DNA from: an uncultured delta proteobacterium
GTDB taxonomy: Bacteria > Desulfobacterota > Binatia > UBA9968
Assembly: GCA_963745035.1 (NCBI GenBank)
Contig: CAVUVW010000010.1
Location: forward strand, 64,001 to 128,000
DNA length: 64,000 nucleotides
Direction: 5' to 3'
This document shows positions 57,872 through 64,000 of this stretch, one piece after another; the stretch's first letter is position 1; each line of letters starts with the position of its first letter. The notes below the pieces were generated by a model. That model made no database searches and was not told where the DNA came from. It saw only the letters and a program-made list of their open reading frames with translations. A program made the position numbers and the translations under genes.

Positions 57872-58273
57872 TTACCCTTGGTACGCCGCCAGCGCCACCT
57901 CGGCGCATTTCTGGTCCTGGTCTTCGGTGCCGCCGGACACGGCGATGGCGCCGACTACGTTACCGCCTTCGACAATCGGCAGTGCGCCACCTCCCGGCAT
58001 AATGCGGCCACTGCTCGAAACCACAAGACTCTGAAACCAGGTTTGTCCGGCGACGCCAGCCAGTTCCTTGGTGGGTTGCTGGAAGCTTGCTGCAGTGTAG
58101 GCCTTGTTGAGAGCGATTTCGACCGTGATTGGACGCGCCTTATCCATGCGTCCCAAGGCGATCATGCGGCCGCTTTGATCAACCACAGCCGCGGTCACCG
58201 CAATATCCAGTTGGGTCGCCTGGCTGTGGGCGTTGCGCACCATTTGGATCGCTTTTTCTCCGGGAATAGCCAT
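57872..58273 (-). CDS. GlcG/HbpS (Haem_degrading, PduO C-terminal-like) protein
   Basis: AAVVDQSG..RMD..A.NKAYTA..GGGALPI..GAIAVSGG..QD. Confidence 0.9.
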   Translation of the reverse strand: MAIPGEKAIQMVRNAHSQATQLDIAVTAAVVDQSGRMIALGRMDKARPITVEIALNKAYTAASFQQPTKELAGVAGQTWFQSLVVSSSGRIMPGGGALPIVEGGNVVGAIAVSGGTEDQDQKCAEVALAAYQG

Positions 58274-58467
58274 TGTCGCTGCGGTCCTCCTCGGTGTCGA
58301 TGTCGATTGTCTACTTTAGCAGAGATACGCCATGGTGCGTCAAGGGGATAGGTGCTTGGATCAATGTGTACCGCCCTGTCTTGATTGATTGCCACGCGCG
58401 GAGTCACTATGGAAGAGCGCGGCAGTCTCGCCGAAACTCGTCTACTGCTCACGAACGGAGGTTACCG

Positions 58468-58962
58468 ATGTATTTGCGCACGGTGCTGATTATCCTAGTG
58501 CTCGGCTTGGTGGCGATCTTTGCAATTTTTAACTGGAGCGCCTTCTCGGCGCCGACGACGCTGACCCTGGGCTTTGCCACGGTCGAGGCGCCACTCGGGC
58601 TCATTTTGCTCGGCGTCGTCGGGGTGGTGACCGCGCTGTTTCTCGTCTACGTGGTTTTCTTGCAGTCATCCACCCTTATGGAGAGCCGGCGGCAGGCGCG
58701 CGAGCTGCAGGCGCAGCGTGAGATCGCGGACCGCGCCGAGGCGTCGCGCTTCGAGCAGCTACGATCCGCCATGGAAGACGCACTCAAACAGCTGCAGAAC
58801 CAATCTGCAGAATCCAAAACCATCATACTCACCAGGCTCGACCAACTTGAGAACGACTTGCGCGCAGCGGTGGAGCAGTCGGGCAACACGCTGGCGGCCT
58901 ATATCGGCGAAATTGAAGATCGTCTGGAACGAGCCGGCGGTGGAAAGATCTCGCCTCCATGA
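58468..58962 (+). CDS. LapA-family membrane protein with coiled-coil tail
   Basis: Two TM helices (IFAIFNW...APLGLILL), then a coiled coil; GGAGG RBS. Confidence 0.78.
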   Translation: MYLRTVLIILVLGLVAIFAIFNWSAFSAPTTLTLGFATVEAPLGLILLGVVGVVTALFLVYVVFLQSSTLMESRRQARELQAQREIADRAEASRFEQLRSAMEDALKQLQNQSAESKTIILTRLDQLENDLRAAVEQSGNTLAAYIGEIEDRLERAGGGKISPP

Positions 58963-59012
58963 CGCTAGGATAGCTAGTCGGATTTGTGCCGATCAACGGC
59001 CTACCCTTGCAT

Positions 59013-60314
59013 CTACTTCTTGGCGCTGACGCGCCACACTTTGTCTCCGGCGTCATCGGCAACCAGCAGCGAGCCATCGGGCGCGACGGTAACGCCCACC
59101 GGCCGACCATATGCTTCGAACTTCGACTCATCGGAGACAAATCCGGTTAAAATATCTTCGATCGGTCCAGCCGGCCTACCATTGGCAAATGGAATAAACG
59201 CGACTTTGTAGCCGACCATCTTCGAGCGATTCCACGAACCGTGCATGCCGATAAAAGCGCCGCCGTGATACCTTTGTGGCAAGCTCTTGCCGTTGTAGAA
59301 CGCCAACCCTAGAGCGGCGGTGTGGGATCCAAGAGCGTAGTCAGGTTTGATCGCTTTGGCGACCAGATCCGGCCGCTGGCCTTTCTTGCGCGGATCTTCG
59401 ATTTGCCCGAAGTAGGAATAGGGCCAACCATAAAAAGCGCCTTCCTTAACGCTTGTGAGGTAGTCCGGAACCAAATCGTCGCCGAGCAGATCGCGCTCGT
59501 TCACCACCGTCCAGAGGCTCTTGGTTGTTGGCTCCCAATCCATGCCGACCGGGTTGCGCAGTCCGCCGGCGAGCACGCGCATCGCGCTGCCGTCGGGATT
59601 GATTTCCAGAATCGCTGCACGCCGCGGGTCTTTCGCGTCGGCGCCGTCTTCGTCGACATTCGAACTCGAGCCAACCGCGATATAAAGTTTTTTCCCCGCC
59701 GGATCGGCGATGAGATTACGGGTGTAATGCCCGCCCGCGGGTAGATCGAGAACTTTTTGCGGTTGTGCGTCGATTTTCGTTTGTCCGGCTTTGTAGGGAA
59801 AGCGCACTACGCCGTCGGTGTTGCCGACGTAAAACCAGTCGCCCAACAATGCCATACCGTGCGGCATATTCAGTCCCGTCAAGAAAGTCTCGCGCAAATC
59901 CGGCTTGCCGTCCTGATTGGTGTCGCGAAAAAGTGTGATGCGATTGGCCGATTTTTCCGGCCGGTCGGCGCGGCCCGGCCATTCACGGGTGGCTTCCACG
60001 ACCAGGATATCACCGTTCGGCAAAACGTAAGCTTGACGTGGATTGTCGAGTTTGTCCGCGAACAGAGCGACTTCGAGGCCGGCAGCCGCTGTCGGCATCT
60101 TTCCCTGCGGCCACCCGATAACCTTCGAATTATTGCGGGTGGACGGGGTGGCGAAAGGCGGGGGCAGTTGCAGCTGGTCGGCAGGGCCGGTACCCGGAGC
60201 ATAAGAAACTCGAACCGCCTTTTGCTGATCCGCCGCGCAAGAAACAATCAGCATCACAATGACGCTCGCCATTGCGGTGGCCATTGCACTGGATAGATAT
60301 CGATCGAACATCAT
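59013..60314 (-). CDS. Sorbosone/PQQ-dependent sugar dehydrogenase family lipoprotein
   Basis: Lipobox IVSC, GLRNPVG, VNERD.LGD..VPDY, FYGWPY, HGSWNRS, GRPVGV. Confidence 0.9.
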   Translation of the reverse strand: MMFDRYLSSAMATAMASVIVMLIVSCAADQQKAVRVSYAPGTGPADQLQLPPPFATPSTRNNSKVIGWPQGKMPTAAAGLEVALFADKLDNPRQAYVLPNGDILVVEATREWPGRADRPEKSANRITLFRDTNQDGKPDLRETFLTGLNMPHGMALLGDWFYVGNTDGVVRFPYKAGQTKIDAQPQKVLDLPAGGHYTRNLIADPAGKKLYIAVGSSSNVDEDGADAKDPRRAAILEINPDGSAMRVLAGGLRNPVGMDWEPTTKSLWTVVNERDLLGDDLVPDYLTSVKEGAFYGWPYSYFGQIEDPRKKGQRPDLVAKAIKPDYALGSHTAALGLAFYNGKSLPQRYHGGAFIGMHGSWNRSKMVGYKVAFIPFANGRPAGPIEDILTGFVSDESKFEAYGRPVGVTVAPDGSLLVADDAGDKVWRVSAKK

Positions 60315-60468
60315 ATCATCCTCCTTTTTCTTTCAACTGCCCGATTGCTCGATACGCGTGGAGCGCCGCGATATACAACAATCATGATGGCTCAGCGAAG
60401 GCGGTCGATTCAAGGGTTGTGCGCCGGAGGGCTCCATTCTAATATCGGCAAACTTTGAGGGCATAACC

Positions 60469-61894
60469 ATGCATTACCGGGATTTGCGCGAATGGGTGAA
60501 AGGCGTCGATTCATTCGGCGAGCTGCGTGTCGTCGAAGGCGCCGACTGGAATCAGGAGATCGGCGCGGTGGCCGAGGTCGCGGCGCAGTCCCAGCCGCCG
60601 CCCGCGGTGCTGTTCGATAAGATCAAAGACTATCCTGCGGGCCGGCGCGTGCTCACCGGCATTCACAACCCGACCCTGAAGCGCCAGTGCCTGACCAATC
60701 ACCTGCCGCTCGATTACAGCGCGCGATCAATTCATCGATGCCTGGAAGAAGCGCCTGGACCGTCCGAAGCTGATCCCGCCGCGCGAAGTCGCCTCGGGAC
60801 CGGTGATGGAAAACGTATTCGAAGGCAAGGACATCGATCTTTTGTCCTTGCCGGCGCCACATTGGCATGAAGGCGACGGCGGGCGTTATTTGGGCTCCCT
60901 CGATATCACGATCAGCCGCGATCTCGACGAAGGCTGGATCAATCTCGGCTGCTACCGAGTCATGGTGCATGACCGCGACACTTTGGCGCTTTACATTTCG
61001 CCGGGCCATCACGGCAACATCCACCGGCAAAAATATTTCGACAAGGGGCAGCCGTTTCCAGTGGCGATCAGCTTCGGACCCGGATCCGCTGCTTTGGTTC
61101 TTCGGCCAAATGGACGTGCCGGCGGGCGAGTCGGAGTACGATTATGCCGGCGGCGTGCGTGGCGAAGCCATTCGAGATTATCGCCGGCAAGCACACCGGG
61201 CTGCCGATTCCGGCTTATTCCGGAGATCGCCATCGAAGGCGAAGTGATTCCTGGAACGAAAATTCCCGAGGGACCGTTCGGCGAATTCACCGGCTACTAC
61301 GCCGGCGGGCTGCGCGCCGAGCCGATGCTCAAAGTGAAGCGGCTGATGTACCGCAACGACCCGATCATCACCGGCGCGCCGCCGTTCAAGCCCGCGCCGG
61401 GCGCGGAGAACAATCTGATCCGCGCCGCCTACATCTGGAACTATCTCGACAAGGCTGGGGTGCCGGACGTGCGCGGCGTCGCCTATTATCAGACGCGGCT
61501 GCTGGTCGCGGTGTCGATCAAGCAGCGCTATCCCGGCCATGCGCGCCAGGCGGCGCTGATCGCTTCGCAATGCCGCGCCGCGGCGCTGCTCACGCGCTAC
61601 GTCATCGTGGTCGACGAAGACATCGACATCTGGGACAGCAACGAGCTTTTGTGGGCGCTCTGCACGCGTACGGATCCGGCGAAAGACATCGACATCCTGC
61701 GGCGCTGCTGGAGCAACCCCATCGACCCGATCATTCCGCCGAGTGAGCGCGGCTTTCAGTCGCGCGGCATCATCGACGCCTGCCGGCCCTACGAATGGAT
61801 GAATGATTTTCCGAAAGTCTCCGGCGCAAGCGCGGAGTTGAAGGCAAAGGTGGCGGAGAAGTTCGGCGCGAGTCTAGCGGGGAAGAAGAACTAG
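60469..61894 (+). CDS. UbiD-family (prFMN) decarboxylase (at least 3 frameshifts)
   Basis: YRDLREW, DGGRY, NLGCYR, EGPFGEFTGY, VVDEDID, WALCTR.DP, IIDAC. Confidence 0.88.
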
Positions 61895-61977
61895 GAATTC
61901 ACCGGAGAGAACGCAGAGAAAAGATCATCACGAAAGATGAAGGGCGGAATTTTACCTTGATGAATGCGACGCACACG

Positions 61978-62934
61978 ATGAAATCCATTGCCCACTTCGT
62001 TGCGCTCGTGGCGCTGTTGTTTTTCGCCCCGCGGGACGCGCACGCGCAGCAAGAAAAGAAAACGCTGGAGCGAGTGCGGCTCACGGTGCCGGCCAAGTCG
62101 CTGACCTTTTTGCCGTACTATTTCGGCAAGGCGCAGGGCATCTTCGCGCGCGAGGGCGTCGATCTGGAGATTATCGTTATGCGCCCGCCGCTCGGCGTCA
62201 CGGCGCTGGTCGCCGGCGACCTCGATTACACGGCCGCGGGCGGCTTGTCGATTCGCGCGGCGATGAAGGGCGCATCGATTCGCACGGTCACCTTTATCCA
62301 AACGCGCTTGAGCTTCAGTCTGATCGGCCAGCCGGGCATGACGCCGGCGCGCATCCGTAACGTCGCGGTAAGCGGCATCGGTTCCTTGGCGCACTACGCG
62401 GCGACCACTGTGATGAAAAGACTGGGTAACGAAAAGGTCGCTTATATTTCGACCAACACGACCGGCAACAGTTACACGGCGCTGCTGGGTAAAGCGACGG
62501 ACGCTGCGATACTCTCGCCGCCTTTTACTTCCATGGCGGTGTTGGCGGGCTACCCGGATCTCGGCAACACCTTTGACGTGCGCGACCTGCAGGGCGGCCT
62601 GGTCGCGCGGATATCGCATATTCAAGAGCGGCGTGAGCAGGTAAGAGCCGTCATTCGCGCCACGCTGCGCAGCATGGACAGTCTTGTGAAAAACGAAAAC
62701 GAAGTGATTCTGTATCTACAAAAAGATTTCGGCCTGGAGCCGAAAATTGCCGCCGATACTTTCAAAATCCTCAAGCAGGTGGTCAATACCGACGGCGATA
62801 TCGAGGAACCTGTGCTGAAATCGATCGTCGATAAGATCAGGCAAGAGTCGGGCTACGCCGCCGAGGTCTCCCTCGATCGTCTCGTCGATCTATCGGTGCT
62901 GCGGGAGGTTCGGGGCGAGCTGCGCAAGCGATAA
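61978..62934 (+). CDS. ABC substrate-binding protein, SsuA/THI5/NMT1-like
   Basis: Signal peptide, GIFAREGVDLEI, ALVAGDLDY, VDLSVLREV. Confidence 0.85.
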   Translation: MKSIAHFVALVALLFFAPRDAHAQQEKKTLERVRLTVPAKSLTFLPYYFGKAQGIFAREGVDLEIIVMRPPLGVTALVAGDLDYTAAGGLSIRAAMKGASIRTVTFIQTRLSFSLIGQPGMTPARIRNVAVSGIGSLAHYAATTVMKRLGNEKVAYISTNTTGNSYTALLGKATDAAILSPPFTSMAVLAGYPDLGNTFDVRDLQGGLVARISHIQERREQVRAVIRATLRSMDSLVKNENEVILYLQKDFGLEPKIAADTFKILKQVVNTDGDIEEPVLKSIVDKIRQESGYAAEVSLDRLVDLSVLREVRGELRKR

Positions 62935-63004
62935 AGTCTTGCATAATTGAGCGATGGTTGAGTAAGATCATTGTGCTTGAAACCAAGCGCAATGGAGGTG
63001 CCAT

Positions 63005-63475
63005 ATGAAGTATTTATTGGTTGTGGCGACACTGGTAATCAGCTTGGCGCTGGGGCAGAGCGCGGCGCTCGCGGACATGTCTCCGCCGCCGAAGGACAAA
63101 CCGGAGAACGCCAATATTGCCGCGGGACGGAAGGCGATCGAGGGCAAGGATTTCAAGGCTGCCGTGGGGCATCTGGCAAAGGCTGTCCAGGAAGAGCCGA
63201 GAAACGCCGACGCGCACAGCATGTTGGGCTACAGCTATCGCAAGGTCGGCACCTTCGACAAGTCGATGGAGCACTATCAAGCCGCGCTCAAGCTCGACGC
63301 CAATCATCGCAGTGCGCATGAGTATCTCGGCGAGCTTTATCTCGATATGAACCAGCTCGACAACGCCGAAAAGCAGCTTGCCTCCTTGAAGAAGGCCTGC
63401 CCGTTCTTCGGCCGTTGCGATGAGTTCGATGACCTGAAAAAGGCCATCGACGCCTACAAAGCCAAGAAAAAGTAG
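63005..63475 (+). CDS. Exported tetratricopeptide-repeat protein
   Basis: Signal peptide; TPRs (PRNADAHSMLGYSYRK, HRSAHEYLGELYL). Confidence 0.88.
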   Translation: MKYLLVVATLVISLALGQSAALADMSPPPKDKPENANIAAGRKAIEGKDFKAAVGHLAKAVQEEPRNADAHSMLGYSYRKVGTFDKSMEHYQAALKLDANHRSAHEYLGELYLDMNQLDNAEKQLASLKKACPFFGRCDEFDDLKKAIDAYKAKKK

Positions 63476-63529
63476 TAACAGTTCGATTTCGGGTTCGCGT
63501 TGGCTAGGAGAGAAGTCGAAGGAGATTCC

Positions 63530-64000
63530 ATGGCTGACGGAAGAGCGCGGATAGGGTTTGTCAGCGGCGGCGCCGGCTCGATGCCGCATTACAATAGTTT
63601 TTTGCCGATCGTTCCGAGAGAGATCGAGATCGATTTCCAAGGCTTGGAGCTTTACGGCAAATCGCTTTACGAAATCGCCAACAAAAAGGATTATATCGTC
63701 GGACGAGTTGCACAGCTCGCCGAGCAGCGTGGTTGGCATGGCGTCATTCTCACCGCCGCGCCGACCGAAGTTTTGAACCCCGGGCTCTTTGCCTCTCTTC
63801 AATCGGCGCTGTCGGTTCCATTCACCACAGCTTTGAACGCCTGCGTGGCGGCCCTGCGTGTGTACGCGGCGCCGCGCGTACTGCTGCTCACGCCTTTCGA
63901 TGACCGACTGAACAGGCTGATCGTCGATCACCTGGAGAGGGCCGGTGTGGCCGCGCTCGCGCCGCAGTCGTTTGACGAGCTGGCCGTGCCCAAGCGCATG
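63530..64000 (+). CDS. Maleate isomerase/arylmalonate decarboxylase (Asp/Glu racemase superfamily), runs off window end
   Basis: Not in the ORF track; AAGGAG RBS; manual translation MADGRARIGFVS...VPFTTALNACVAALRVYAAPRVLLLTPFDDRLN. Confidence 0.75.
   Translation, partial: MADGRARIGFVSGGAGSMPHYNSFLPIVPREIEIDFQGLELYGKSLYEIANKKDYIVGRVAQLAEQRGWHGVILTAAPTEVLNPGLFASLQSALSVPFTTALNACVAALRVYAAPRVLLLTPFDDRLNRLIVDHLERAGVAALAPQSFDELAVPKRM

Noticed and set aside
63014-63931. 305-aa minus-strand ORF
   Set aside because: Antisense to the TPR gene and the racemase-family gene, both of which have RBSs and motifs

Overview
GC-rich bacterial chromosomal window. Its gene style (many orphan SsuA/THI5-type substrate-binding proteins, amidohydrolases, VOC, cupin, MmgE/PrpD and UbiD paralogs) resembles Candidatus Binatia or a related soil deltaproteobacterium; this taxonomy is an inference. 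Most of the window is catabolic accessory genes around a core block: folD-gcvT-gcvH-gcvPA-gcvPB, tonB, tatA, an ECF sigma/anti-sigma pair, and a SAM-I-riboswitch-controlled moeB-thrC-like-moaD-cysM operon. About 15 genes, including housekeeping ones, carry 1-nt frameshifts that look like long-read indel errors, so several CDSs are stitched across frames here. The best candidate for an undescribed system is the minus-strand four-gene cluster at 55135-58273. It encodes a GlcG/HbpS-type heme/cobalamin-binding protein, a Tat-less reductive-dehalogenase-like B12/2x[4Fe-4S] enzyme with an apparently altered active site, a translationally coupled mini-paralog of only the B12-binding domain, and a ferredoxin-GlcG fusion. 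Other highlights are a SAM-regulated sulfur-carrier route to homocysteine/cysteine, a decayed type I R-M locus with a duplicated promoter-like repeat, and several families of intergenic palindromic or inverted tandem-repeat elements. No rRNA, tRNA, CRISPR array or intact transposase was seen. All family calls come from reading motifs by eye, not from database searches.
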